From Candidatus Latescibacterota bacterium (GTDB lineage: Bacteria; Latescibacterota; UBA2968; GCA-2709665), in NCBI GenBank assembly GCA_965219455.1, contig OZ244744.1:1888001-1952000 (forward strand): 64,000 nt of DNA, read 5' to 3'. Every line of letters starts with the position of its first letter. Positions within the stretch are counted from its first letter, which is position 1. Under the pieces are notes generated by a model that searched no databases, was not told the DNA's origin, and saw nothing but the letters and a program-made list of their open reading frames with translations. Positions 39,495 through 49,801 of the stretch are shown in pieces. Made by a program: the position numbers and the translations under genes.

Positions 39495-40082
39495 GGCTGC
39501 CTTCGAATCATCGCCGGCCTGACCACCGATCCGGCCTCGATCCGACGCTGTCTGAAGGGGTCAGAGCTCTCGCGAGGACCCCGCCCAGTGCGCCGCCCGA
39601 GTTTCTTCTAAATGGCACCCTGTGACGGACGTACCAAGGGTTACGCCTTGAATGGCCTCCACGAATAATGGTTTGCTCTCGATGCGTGAGGACAGGGAAC
39701 CAAACCTATTGGGAGACCAACCGGAGTTCGGGCAGTCGATCATAAGATAGCTTGCCCGAACTTGGCGTGCGCAAATTGCCTTGACAGAGACTCCAAAAAG
39801 GGCCCTTATTAAACCTGAACTTGGGGAACCTTCGCCTACCTGTTAGCGTCGGACGGGTAGGAGCACAACAATTGACAATATCTCTCCGTGCGAGGAGCCA
39901 AGCATATCTGTGTTCGTAACTGGATTGGGCGCCCCAGTCGACTTTATCAGTCGGATCTGTGTTTTGTACAGAACAGGAATCTTGACTTGGAGCAACTCAT
40001 TAACACCTTCAACTGAATCGCCCAGTGATTCATGCAGCTCTAACCGCCAACCATCGCACGATCTTCATCTCGCTCACACACA

Positions 40083-40838
40083 ATGAAGAGATACCCCAAG
40101 GCACCAGTATCCGAGGTTATCTTTGGCGTGACCTTTTCGGGGGAACGCCTAACCATAAGGGACCTCTTTGACGCCCAGCAAGCCCTATCGGGCGAATACC
40201 CGAGAGTGGAAATCCGTCCCCCCCTTGTCGACGAAACGATGTCTGGATTCCAAATCACTCAGGAAGTAAATCCCGAGAATATGGGTCCCGTCCTCATTCG
40301 CCTGCGCAGCGACGACGACAATTGGATGTGCCAAATACAGGTGAATAAAGTCTACCTCAACTGGATTCGTCCGGACCATGAACCAGTCGGCAACTATCCT
40401 GGTTACACCGCTATATATCGCAAATTCAGGGTAGCCCTCGATGCACTAAGCCTTTCTTCCGCCGATTTCACGACGGATTCAGTCAAATACTACGACCTCA
40501 GCTATCATGATCGTATCGAGTGGCAAGAGCACATCGCCAGCCTGAGTGATGCCCACAAAATCATGCGCATCAAGCCGCCGGAAATCAAGACTCCATATGG
40601 GCTTAACAATGTGGTCTCACGCTATACCTACAGGTATGATCCTCTGGGCGGATACGGCATTTTTGCGGTGAACACGGCCACTGACGCCAGGGGAAAGCAG
40701 GTCCTTCGGATCGAGAGCATCCTTCGTGGTCTCAACCCACATCAGTCGAGTGACGCCTGGTTTGACAAGGCACACATGGTCCAGTACGATCACTTCAGCA
40801 GGATTTTCACACCGGAGATTCTTGAACAATGGACCTAG
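40083..40838 (+). CDS. TIGR04255-like protein
   Basis: Y.KAPV.EV, Q.....LNW....Y.GY, L.Y.DRI and H......F.....E patterns. Confidence 0.75.
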   Translation: MKRYPKAPVSEVIFGVTFSGERLTIRDLFDAQQALSGEYPRVEIRPPLVDETMSGFQITQEVNPENMGPVLIRLRSDDDNWMCQIQVNKVYLNWIRPDHEPVGNYPGYTAIYRKFRVALDALSLSSADFTTDSVKYYDLSYHDRIEWQEHIASLSDAHKIMRIKPPEIKTPYGLNNVVSRYTYRYDPLGGYGIFAVNTATDARGKQVLRIESILRGLNPHQSSDAWFDKAHMVQYDHFSRIFTPEILEQWT

Positions 40839-41425
40839 ACACAGTCCGAGTACCCTACGTGAAAGAGTCGCCATCAGTGTTTAATGATGACGAGGTGCGC
40901 GCATTTAATACACCGGAGGCGACTCCTGTTTCAGGTTTCGGCGAGAAGGTAGGCACCCCCGGCACGTCGGATATTTCCGTTTTTGGCGATGTCAATGACC
41001 TTCGTCATGGCCGGTCAGGCGACTGGAAGGAAACTGGGCTTCGAAATTTCGCCTCTCTCGTGTCCAACAGATTCAGCTATCTCGGGGGGTTGCAGAATCT
41101 CGAATCAGATTGGGTATCGGGAGGCGCGGTCAAGCCATCCTCCTCCGCGATTTTCCTTTCACAGGCATTGCTTGTCTCCATCAGCAAGTGGGTTATCAGT
41201 GAAGAAGTCAGCGTCATTCCGAGGATAGTTATGGGCCCTATCCCAAGTGGAGGAATAATCGTTGAACTTCATGCGGATGACGATAATGCAATCAACGTGA
41301 CAATAACGAACAATGGACGCGTAGACCTGGAAGTGTTATACGGTGGCAGCTATTTCGAAGTAAACTTATCGAGAAACGAGCTGATCGGCATGGTACCCTC
41401 TCAATATGCCTCCATCTCCAGGTAG
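40829..41425 (+). CDS. Hypothetical protein (candidate antitoxin)
   Basis: 198 aa, overlaps both neighbours; low-complexity N-terminus and DW.SGGA..PS..GP.P.GG..VE C-terminal domain. Confidence 0.6.
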   Translation: MDLDTVRVPYVKESPSVFNDDEVRAFNTPEATPVSGFGEKVGTPGTSDISVFGDVNDLRHGRSGDWKETGLRNFASLVSNRFSYLGGLQNLESDWVSGGAVKPSSSAIFLSQALLVSISKWVISEEVSVIPRIVMGPIPSGGIIVELHADDDNAINVTITNNGRVDLEVLYGGSYFEVNLSRNELIGMVPSQYASISR

Positions 41426-41813
41426 TGTGATCCCAAATGGTGAGATATTATACAGGTGGTGTCGCAGCGATGCCTTTCCGAAAGACCAGGTGGAGATACC
41501 CGGCTCACTGTTTAGTGATATCGAACTCTCCTGTGACTGGGCGAGATTCCGTCCAGATCCTTCGACCTCCTTCCACGTGGTGGAAGGAAGGACACGAGTG
41601 ATTGAAATCTCGGTTTGTGACGAGATCAAGAATCCTCGCAATCCCAAACGAGAGGGCGAGATAGTTTCGGCCTGGAAGCAGCAAGTCATATACGATCCGA
41701 ATGAGGATCCTGTTCAGGGTCCAAACGATGCCCACTCCCTGATAAAGGGACGCAAGAAAATGGCAGTCCGCGACGCTATCGTCGTGAATTCCAGATGGTG
41801 GGATATTGAGTAG
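41406..41813 (+). CDS. Hypothetical protein, possible ART/RES-like toxin
   Basis: E.LYR, LS.DW and DP..N.AH..I motifs; 135 aa. Confidence 0.55.
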   Translation: MPPSPGSVIPNGEILYRWCRSDAFPKDQVEIPGSLFSDIELSCDWARFRPDPSTSFHVVEGRTRVIEISVCDEIKNPRNPKREGEIVSAWKQQVIYDPNEDPVQGPNDAHSLIKGRKKMAVRDAIVVNSRWWDIE

Positions 41814-42044
41814 GTGGCTTTGGTCTTTTAGTCCTCCAAGAGTCCTTGGAATGAGTACAGCCCAGGACACACCCCGGGCTATTGTGTTGTGGAAAATAGA
41901 ACCACCGGTCGTGGATCTCCGATTGTGGAGAGAGGCTGGTGGTTTTTTGATTTGATATCTTCAAAAAGATTTTATCTCCAGGGATTCCTTTCCAACCCGC
42001 TGCTTCTTACCCTTCTTTCAAGCTTGTTTTCAGCCCGCAATCTA

Positions 42045-44876
42045 TCAAAAACCAGGCATGAAGTCCGGTGCGGCCTGGAACTCGGTCGCGCCGGGGATGG
42101 CTTCGGGCTGAACCGTGTATACCCCGCCGGGAACCACGAAAAACGCGGTGTTCCGGTTGGCCTCAACGCGGGTGTTGAACCGAACCTTACCGTCCTGGCC
42201 GCGGATACTCCATGCGCCCGGAGCCAGGCCGGCCAGCAGCAACTGGCAGCTCTCATCGGCCCCCGCGTCCACATGCAGCGCCTGCGTGAGCAGTTTACCG
42301 GTCCTGCTCAGGACCACCACCCGGTCAGCCAGCGTGACAACGAAGGCTTCAGGGAGTTCCACAAGATCAACCGGCAGATCCGGCCCCTTATCATCGGACA
42401 TCGACATGACCGTCAGAAACACATCGTTGCCCTGCTCTTTGGCGGGCGAGAACAGTACGCGATGGCCGTTGGCTTCCGGTCGGTCGGGTTTTGGTGGTGT
42501 GAAGAACTGCCCGAACACGCTGTTGGCGTCCTTGCCGCTCAGGACCTGCAGGTTCCGCTCACCCGCCTTTGGCCGTAGCATTCGGAGAGTGACCTTGCCG
42601 CCCACCTCAGAGTTGCTGTTTCTCAGGATGACGCCGTCGGCCGTGGTTTCAGGCGGGCTGAGGGTGTTGACCTGCCAGTATTTCCTGAACTCCGGCCTGG
42701 CGGTGGTCATGTTGTCCAGGATGATCAGCACCGCAGGGGTCCGGGCGTTGTCGAGGTTGAGGAAGCAGAAGGTCCGCACGTAGTCCACAATCTTCTTGCT
42801 GTACGCCGATGTCAGGTTGACCGAGAAGTAGCTGTAGAACGGCCGCTGTGGAGACGGGCCGAAGTCGGCTGAGAGGACGTCCCCGTTGGCGAATGTCGGA
42901 TCCGTACGTGCCTGTTCCGGCGTGGTCGGGCAGGATTGAATGAAACGGGCGCCTCCGTCGTTGGCGGTATTCCGAAGGAACTGCTCGTCAGGATCGACCG
43001 CCAGCATCATGCTGTGCGAAATCGAACGCTTGCAGAAGTTGAAATCGTAGGGCATTCCATAGAAATGGTACTGCCCCAGGTCAGCCGCCTGCAGACCACG
43101 GTAGTAAATCTGGAAACTGCCCGCGTCAGCGTGCTGGTGATTGCCGAAGTGATACCCCCCGCCCTTCATTTCCACCACCACGTCGGACACACCTCGGCCC
43201 ATGTTCCAGCCGGTTCGGGCAACCATTGAACCGAGGATCGGGCCAAAATCGAGGGTGAGCGGCAATGAATTAAAATTCGTCGCCGCCTCCAGGTCCGGGT
43301 CGTTCAGCAGCAGCACCAGGATCGGGTCGGAGGGCAGCCCGCCCTGCCGCTCGAAGTCGCGCTTGATGACCGGATCGTTGCTGTATGCGTAACTGAGCAG
43401 TGCGGTAGATCCGAGACTTGCGGGCCTGCCGTCGGAAAATCCGTCGCCGTCCCGCAGGGTCTCTTCGTTCGGCAGGCGCATGTAAAGCCAGAACTTGCAG
43501 ACATCCGCGATGTTGTCATCGAAGACCCGCTCGCCGGCCATGCGGTAAAAGAGCCAGGCGGCGTGCATATCCCAGCCGAACCGGTACGGGCCGTAACTGA
43601 CGCCCTGGTTGTGGCGCGGGGACTGGTATTCGAACCGGCGCATCGGCGCCAGCTCTTCAAGCATGCGGTAGGAGCAGTAGCGATACGGTACCGGATCCTC
43701 GTCGTAGATAGCGATGGCCATGCAGAGCAGATCGCGGTTGACCTGCGCCTCGTTGCCATGGCCGTTGACGATCATCTGCTTGAATGGCGGCCAGCCGATT
43801 TCCATGTCGTCGGCGAGGCGCATGAGATCGCCACGGATACTGTCGCGGTCGTCGGGTGTCATCAGTTCGTAGCACCAGTCATAAACCTGTGCGGCCGAGT
43901 AGATGGCCTGGCCGATTTCCCGGGTAATGTCGAGCAGATTTCCGAATTCGACCGCGGCGAGATAGTCGCGGATCAACGCCACCGCTTCCTGGCCGCGCGT
44001 CTCTTCGCCATTCATCAGGTAAACGAAAGCCCTGGCTACGGCCGCTTTCTCGAGCCCGGAGTTATAGCTGACTTCCGTACCCGGTTCAACTTCAAATGCG
44101 ACTGGTTCGGCCGCCATTTCCCTGACCTGGGCCCAAAGCGGCGCGTTTTCACCCTTCGTGAGGTTCGCCCGAACCTTCGGCAGCGACTGCTCATTCACCC
44201 AGATGCGCGGCCGGGATGCCGGCGGAACGACCGTTGGCCGGTAGGCGGTCACGGCCGCCGGGACTTCCGGAGGCGTGTACGGGCTGACTTCGAGGTAATC
44301 GAGGCGTACGCTCTCCGGCAGCCAGATCCGGATCTCCTGCTCCTGTGCGTTGAGATCGAACTTGCCCGTCACCTGCGTACAGCTCTCCGAACGGCTCCAC
44401 GGCACGAACACCACGCGCTTGGTGGGGCGGCCACCGCCGACAGCGATCATCAGGTGCGGCGAATCATGCTTGCTCCCGGCCTCGCGCATCGCCTCGCTGC
44501 CCCTGGCGTCCGTGGCCGCGTGCGTGCGAATCACGTACCGCCCGGCCCTGGAGGCCCGCACCTTGAAAACCAAATCCGGTTCGGTGCCGGGCGACCCCAC
44601 GTTGGCGGCCAGACCAGCCTTGAGCGAGACGCCTTTCCCACCGGTGAACGAGCCTTGCGCTACGACCTCTGCTCGACCGGGATCGATCCCGGCGGCCTCC
44701 GCCTGCATGACAACCGATCCGCTAACGGCAAAAGTCCTGGACGGTGTGGGAGCACTGGTACCTTCTCCGGTTTTCATGACGTGAGTCTCCTCGGCGTATG
44801 TTGAGACGGCAATGAAGAGCGTTGCGATGCACAGACGGCGCAACGCTTGCAACAGTCGATGGACTTCCTTGATCAT
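42045..44876 (-). CDS. Heparinase II-like polysaccharide lyase (PL21-like), secreted
   Basis: GHGNE..RDLL..AIAIYDE, HNQG.SY and NHQHADAGSFQIYYRG motifs; signal-peptide-like N-terminus. Confidence 0.8.
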   Translation of the reverse strand: MIKEVHRLLQALRRLCIATLFIAVSTYAEETHVMKTGEGTSAPTPSRTFAVSGSVVMQAEAAGIDPGRAEVVAQGSFTGGKGVSLKAGLAANVGSPGTEPDLVFKVRASRAGRYVIRTHAATDARGSEAMREAGSKHDSPHLMIAVGGGRPTKRVVFVPWSRSESCTQVTGKFDLNAQEQEIRIWLPESVRLDYLEVSPYTPPEVPAAVTAYRPTVVPPASRPRIWVNEQSLPKVRANLTKGENAPLWAQVREMAAEPVAFEVEPGTEVSYNSGLEKAAVARAFVYLMNGEETRGQEAVALIRDYLAAVEFGNLLDITREIGQAIYSAAQVYDWCYELMTPDDRDSIRGDLMRLADDMEIGWPPFKQMIVNGHGNEAQVNRDLLCMAIAIYDEDPVPYRYCSYRMLEELAPMRRFEYQSPRHNQGVSYGPYRFGWDMHAAWLFYRMAGERVFDDNIADVCKFWLYMRLPNEETLRDGDGFSDGRPASLGSTALLSYAYSNDPVIKRDFERQGGLPSDPILVLLLNDPDLEAATNFNSLPLTLDFGPILGSMVARTGWNMGRGVSDVVVEMKGGGYHFGNHQHADAGSFQIYYRGLQAADLGQYHFYGMPYDFNFCKRSISHSMMLAVDPDEQFLRNTANDGGARFIQSCPTTPEQARTDPTFANGDVLSADFGPSPQRPFYSYFSVNLTSAYSKKIVDYVRTFCFLNLDNARTPAVLIILDNMTTARPEFRKYWQVNTLSPPETTADGVILRNSNSEVGGKVTLRMLRPKAGERNLQVLSGKDANSVFGQFFTPPKPDRPEANGHRVLFSPAKEQGNDVFLTVMSMSDDKGPDLPVDLVELPEAFVVTLADRVVVLSRTGKLLTQALHVDAGADESCQLLLAGLAPGAWSIRGQDGKVRFNTRVEANRNTAFFVVPGGVYTVQPEAIPGATEFQAAPDFMPGF

Positions 44877-45031
44877 CCTTTTGCTTTTTTCCACTTTCCC
44901 GATCGATTCATGAATTCGCCGCAAAATCGGCGTCCAATCCCAATAATGCGTTTAGACTCCTCAGTCGTTTCATCGGGTCTCGCTGCGATGTCTGTACCGA
45001 GTTTGTCGAAGCAACCGCGTCTCACCGCCCC

Positions 45032-45460
45032 CTAACGTCCCCTATTCCCTTGCCCTTTTTCTTGCTTCGCCCAAGAAAAAGAGCGAAAAAGAAGGGCGCC
45101 GCTCGGCGCGGGGCCGGTTTTTCCACGAATCTCCCCAGTGGCAGCGACGAGCGATTGTAACCTTCGTACCAATACGACCGAACGGTGCTTCAATGCGGGA
45201 CGGATCAGCGTGGAAAAACCCCCAGCCCCCAGACCGGACGCGCCGTCGTTGCAACTGTAGGGGCAACCCTTGTGGTTGCCCGCCTTTCGGGTGTTTCAGG
45301 ATTCCCTTTGCGTCTTTGTGTCTCCGTGTGAGCTGATTTTCGCTGCTACCTGACACCTGAAAACTGATAGCTGATCGCTGCTTTTTCTCCCCTCTACTTT
45401 TCCTTTAAAAGAGGGGCCGGGGGGTGAGGTCCCGCGAACGAGGGCACCTTACCCTCGTCG
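45032..45460. repeat. Composite intergenic repeat cluster 1
   Basis: 93-bp hairpin block (92/93 identical to 58207-58299), GTAG REP 45257-45281, 8-mer CTTTGCGT-like units near 45306, heptamer array 45341-45382, CCCCTC..GAGGGG hairpin near 45388-45429, degenerate REP2 45431-45459. Confidence 0.8.
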
Positions 45461-45481
45461 CGCGCGTTCTTTCCACAATTG

Positions 45482-46504
45482 TCATTCCGATCCTCCCGAT
45501 CGAATCTCCGCCAGCGAGACCGTTCGGTGTTCCCTGGCCGAGATGGTGATGGCTTCGGCAATTTCAACGTCCAGCAGGGCATCCTCGGGTGGATTTCGGG
45601 ATTCGCGGCGACGCTCTATGGCATCCAGAAAGGCGCCAGCCTGCCGGACCGTCGAAGACGGCTCGTTTTCGAATTCCCGAACCTCCGAGCGGCCCTCCCT
45701 ATATACAGTTATGGAATCCCTGCCGGGCGGGCTGTCGGCATTGGGCATGATTCCGCCCTTGGCACAGACAAATCGCGGCTGCGGGTCAGACATCCCAGCA
45801 GGGCCGATATAGCTGGCCGTGGCCGAAGTAAAAGCGCCGTTTTCGAATCCGATCAGGGCCCCGCACGTCTCCTCCACAACGTGACCGGGCGCCGTATTCC
45901 GTATCCGATTGGCCATCGCGGACACGGTGGTCGGCCTGCCGAGAATCCAGCGGACGGCATTCAGATGGCAGTAGCTCATGTGGGTTAGCGGCATGCCCCC
46001 GCTGGCTTCCTGGTCATAGTACCAGCCGTCCGGATCCGGGTTCCAGAGGGCCATGGCCACGGCCATCACCGGCGCTCCCAGTTCGCCTCCAACCACCAGG
46101 CGCCGGATTTCCTCCCAGGCAGGATCGTAACGGCGCTGGAACCCGGCCTCCACGATCCGCCCCGACCGGTTCGCCATCTCCACAATCCGTTTCCCATTCT
46201 CCATAGACGACGCGAGACAGCCGCCGATGAGAAGGTCGTAGCCTGCATCCAGCGCCCAGATGGTCACCTCGTCCTGAACGCGATGCGGAACCTCGATGAG
46301 GACCGCGTCAGGACGGGTTTGGTCCAACCTCCGGAAATCATCGTCAAAAACGGCGCAACCCAGCTCACTCGCGCAGATTTCGGCGCGCTCCCGACGGCGC
46401 GAAGCCACCGCGCAGATTTCCGCCCGGCCGGTATCCAGAAACGCCCTTCCGCGTGTCCGGGCCATGTTCCCCGCTCCCACAATTGCGATCCGCTTCTTCG
46501 ACAT
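45482..46504 (-). CDS. Gfo/Idh/MocA oxidoreductase
   Basis: IAIVGAG Rossmann start, GFQRRY and SGG motifs. Confidence 0.85.
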   Translation of the reverse strand: MSKKRIAIVGAGNMARTRGRAFLDTGRAEICAVASRRRERAEICASELGCAVFDDDFRRLDQTRPDAVLIEVPHRVQDEVTIWALDAGYDLLIGGCLASSMENGKRIVEMANRSGRIVEAGFQRRYDPAWEEIRRLVVGGELGAPVMAVAMALWNPDPDGWYYDQEASGGMPLTHMSYCHLNAVRWILGRPTTVSAMANRIRNTAPGHVVEETCGALIGFENGAFTSATASYIGPAGMSDPQPRFVCAKGGIMPNADSPPGRDSITVYREGRSEVREFENEPSSTVRQAGAFLDAIERRRESRNPPEDALLDVEIAEAITISAREHRTVSLAEIRSGGSE

Positions 46505-46600
46505 GGCGCACCCTTTCGAGTTTTCGTTTGACATCCGGCGGTTCCGCGCGCATAATTTCGCTATCGCCGGTCCATCTGTCATGCGAAATTTGAAACCGCT

Positions 46601-47851
46601 ATGGCAAGATCCCGCTACAGGCTGACCGTACTCGTATTTCTGCCGCTGCTGTCTCTCTTAGCCGCCCGGATCCTGGCGGACAGCAGGGATGCGAAGGGCG
46701 AAACCCGTTCATCGGGCTACATCGGCGCCCAGGCATGTGCGGAGTGTCACCGGGACCGATTCGAGGCGTTCCGGCGCACAGCACACCATCTCACTTCCCG
46801 TTTGCCCGATTCCGGATCAATTCTGGGCAGTTTCTCTCCCGACCACGCCACCGTCCGAACCCGCAATCCCAATCTCCGCTTCGAAATCACCGCCGACGAA
46901 ACCGGTTTCTATCAGACGGCCATCATCGGAAAAGGGGAGGGTAGGCACCGGCGGACCGAGCGCATCGACATTGTCACCGGCTCCGGAAAGATCGGCCAGA
47001 CCTATCTCTTCTGGCAGGGCGACCGCCTCTACCAGTTGCCCATCTCCTACTTCACGCAGCAGCAGCGGTGGATCAACAGCCCGGGCTATCCCGACGGCGA
47101 GGTGAACTTCTCCCGCGGCGTCGTCCCCCGATGCCTGGAGTGCCACGCAACCTGGTTCGAATCGGAATCCTATTCCAGTAACGCGTACAACAGGGATCGT
47201 TTCGTCCTCGGCATCTCCTGCGAGCGGTGCCACGGGCCCGGCGCGGGCCACGCGGCCTATCAGCGCGACCATCCCGATGCGAAGGAAATGCCGTACATTC
47301 TACACCCGGGACGGCTCGAACCCGCACGATTGATCGATCTCTGCGCCCAATGCCACTCCGGCGTGGGCGCGCCAAGCCAACGGCCGTTTTCCTTCCGCCC
47401 CGGCGCGCACTTGAGCGAATTCCTGGAACTCGACGCCCCCGAAGAACAGAACAAAATCGGCGTGCACAGCACCAACCAGTTGCCACGCCTCACCAAATCG
47501 AAATGCTTCCAACAGAGCTCAACGATGACCTGCATCACCTGCCACAACCCGCACGCCCTGGAGCGCGGAGACCTTGCCCTGTTCTCCCGGCGTTGCGCCA
47601 CGTGCCACGAGATCCACGCCTGCGGCATGGCCGCCGAACTCGGAGACGCGATCCGCACCAACTGCATCGACTGCCACATGCCCCGCAAACAAGATCTCGA
47701 AACGGAATTCGAAACCGCCGAGGCGTTTCAGTTTCCGACCATGCGTGACCACTTCATCGCCATCTATCCGGAGATCAGCCGGCGTCTGACGCCACGGTTT
47801 CTTCACGCGGAGAAACCGGTCGAACCTCATCCTCACCAGGGAGAACACTGA
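46601..47851 (+). CDS. Multiheme c-type cytochrome (c554-like)
   Basis: Signal/TM N-terminus and seven CxxCH motifs. Confidence 0.88.
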   Translation: MARSRYRLTVLVFLPLLSLLAARILADSRDAKGETRSSGYIGAQACAECHRDRFEAFRRTAHHLTSRLPDSGSILGSFSPDHATVRTRNPNLRFEITADETGFYQTAIIGKGEGRHRRTERIDIVTGSGKIGQTYLFWQGDRLYQLPISYFTQQQRWINSPGYPDGEVNFSRGVVPRCLECHATWFESESYSSNAYNRDRFVLGISCERCHGPGAGHAAYQRDHPDAKEMPYILHPGRLEPARLIDLCAQCHSGVGAPSQRPFSFRPGAHLSEFLELDAPEEQNKIGVHSTNQLPRLTKSKCFQQSSTMTCITCHNPHALERGDLALFSRRCATCHEIHACGMAAELGDAIRTNCIDCHMPRKQDLETEFETAEAFQFPTMRDHFIAIYPEISRRLTPRFLHAEKPVEPHPHQGEH

Positions 47852-47852
47852 C

Positions 47853-49673
47853 ATGCGCCAATTTAGAACGCTCACTCTGGCGGACCGGGGCCAGTCCCGT
47901 ACCGCCATCATCGTGCCCGATGGCGCCGGAGATACGCTTCGCGACGCCGCCGCGGACCTGCAGGCCATCCTCGAAAAAATCACCGGGATGGCGCCCCCGA
48001 TGGGAACGGACGGCGGTAAGCCCGCGCCCAGGGGCAGAACGGCCATCCACGTGGGGGCAACCGCGTACGCCCGGTCGATGGGACTGGATGCCGGAGACGC
48101 CGGCGTGGAGGGCTACCGCATCCACACGGCGGGCAGGGACCTCTTCATCCTCGGCGGAAGCGACGCCGGCACGTCCTACGGCGTTTACGGCCTGCTGGAA
48201 GACCACCTCGACGTGCGCTGGTTCATGCCCGGCGAACTCTTCGAAGACGTCCCGTTGCAAACCACTCTGAAAATCGCGCCCGTAAACGAAACGAGAACCC
48301 CCCACTTCCTCTTCCGCGTCTTCAGCGGAATCGCCGGGCTGGAGGGTCATCGCTGGGAACGCCGCAACCGCGTCTCCAGCCGCAGGCACGAACTGCCCTA
48401 TGCCGGCTTCCACCACGCCCTGTACAAGATCTTTCCGGTCGCCCGATACGGAAAGACGAATCCGGAGTACTACGCGCTCGTCGATGGAGAGCGCCTCGTC
48501 CCCGGGAGCGACACGGTGAGCAACGGCCTGTTCGGGCAACCATGCACCAGCAACCCGGACGTCGTGGATATCACCATCCGGGAAACGCGGGCCTATTTCG
48601 ACGAGCACCCCGAGGCGCACTGTTTTTCTCTGGGCATGAATGACAACGGGAACTTCTGCCTGTGCGACAGCTGCCGCGCGCTCGACGTTCCGGGTCTGAA
48701 ATTCCGTGACCGCCCGATCTACTCCGACCGGTGGTTCACCTACTTCAACGCCGTGGCCCGTGCGCTGCAGGAATCCCATCCCGGAAAATTTGTGGGATGC
48801 CTGGCCTACCATAACGTGGAGGAGCCGCCCAGACGCATCGAACGCCTCGAGCCCAATACGGCCATTTACCTCACGCAGGACACCGCACAGCACCTGGATT
48901 CCGAATACCGGGACAAAGACCGGGAATTCATCCTCGCCTGGCTCAAACAGTGCGACCACGTCTGCAAGTATGACTATTACGGCCTGGGCTGGGTGCTACC
49001 GCGCTATTTCCCGCGGCTGATGGCCGATGACATCAAGTTCCAGCACAGCGCTGGCGTCAAGGGCTTCTACGCCGAAGCCTATCCCCACTGGCCTGCCGTT
49101 GGCCCCCAGATCTGGCTGGCCTCCAGGCTCTGGTGGAACGCCGACCAGGACCCGGAAAAGCTTCTCGAAGAGTTCTTCACGCGCCTGTTCCGCGGGGCGG
49201 CGGGCGAGGTCCGCGCGTTCTACGACCTTCTCGAATCCATCTGGCGGCGTCCACGTCCGGGCCGGTGGTTCCAGGGCCTGCGCGGGCTGGAACACCAGGT
49301 CGACTGTTACACGACCGGCGACGCGGACGTCCTCGAAGCCACGCTGGCCCGCGCGTACAGCGCCACGCGAGACCCGCTTGTCCGGCTGAGAATCGACTAC
49401 ATCCGCCGGTGGTTCCGGTTTCCCGCAACCCTCATCCGCGGCTGGCACGTTGCAGACGAAATCTGCGCATTGCCCGCGGGGCCGGAGGCCCGGGAGAAGG
49501 CAGCGGGCCTTCGCAAGCTCAGGCCGCGGCTCAAGAGGTCACACCGCCAGGCCATCCTGGAAGACCGCAACATGCCCAAGGCAGCTTACTTCAACGACGG
49601 CAGATACGAGGCGCGCGTGGCCGACCCGTGGACAGAAAGGGTCGACCAGGCCTTGGGGAAAGCGGGGGAATAA
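47853..49673 (+). CDS. DUF4838 family putative glycoside hydrolase
   Basis: YGVYGLLE.HL.VRW..PG, PEYYAL..G.R, QPCTSNP, ND...C.C..C and LAY motifs. Confidence 0.85.
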   Translation: MRQFRTLTLADRGQSRTAIIVPDGAGDTLRDAAADLQAILEKITGMAPPMGTDGGKPAPRGRTAIHVGATAYARSMGLDAGDAGVEGYRIHTAGRDLFILGGSDAGTSYGVYGLLEDHLDVRWFMPGELFEDVPLQTTLKIAPVNETRTPHFLFRVFSGIAGLEGHRWERRNRVSSRRHELPYAGFHHALYKIFPVARYGKTNPEYYALVDGERLVPGSDTVSNGLFGQPCTSNPDVVDITIRETRAYFDEHPEAHCFSLGMNDNGNFCLCDSCRALDVPGLKFRDRPIYSDRWFTYFNAVARALQESHPGKFVGCLAYHNVEEPPRRIERLEPNTAIYLTQDTAQHLDSEYRDKDREFILAWLKQCDHVCKYDYYGLGWVLPRYFPRLMADDIKFQHSAGVKGFYAEAYPHWPAVGPQIWLASRLWWNADQDPEKLLEEFFTRLFRGAAGEVRAFYDLLESIWRRPRPGRWFQGLRGLEHQVDCYTTGDADVLEATLARAYSATRDPLVRLRIDYIRRWFRFPATLIRGWHVADEICALPAGPEAREKAAGLRKLRPRLKRSHRQAILEDRNMPKAAYFNDGRYEARVADPWTERVDQALGKAGE

Positions 49674-49801
49674 CCGAAATCCGACGGTTGCGAAATGGGT
49701 GTAGACCGGCAGAAAATCCGGGATCCGCAGCGGCGCCACCTGCGCTACGGCTAACGTTAACCTGCTTGCGTGTATCGTCGCTGCGGGCGGTGCAAAGGGG
49801 T

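Noticed and set aside
49715-49790. Intergenic stem-loop as an ncRNA
   Set aside because: Better explained as a degenerate GTAG-type REP or terminator between convergent genes; no other support.
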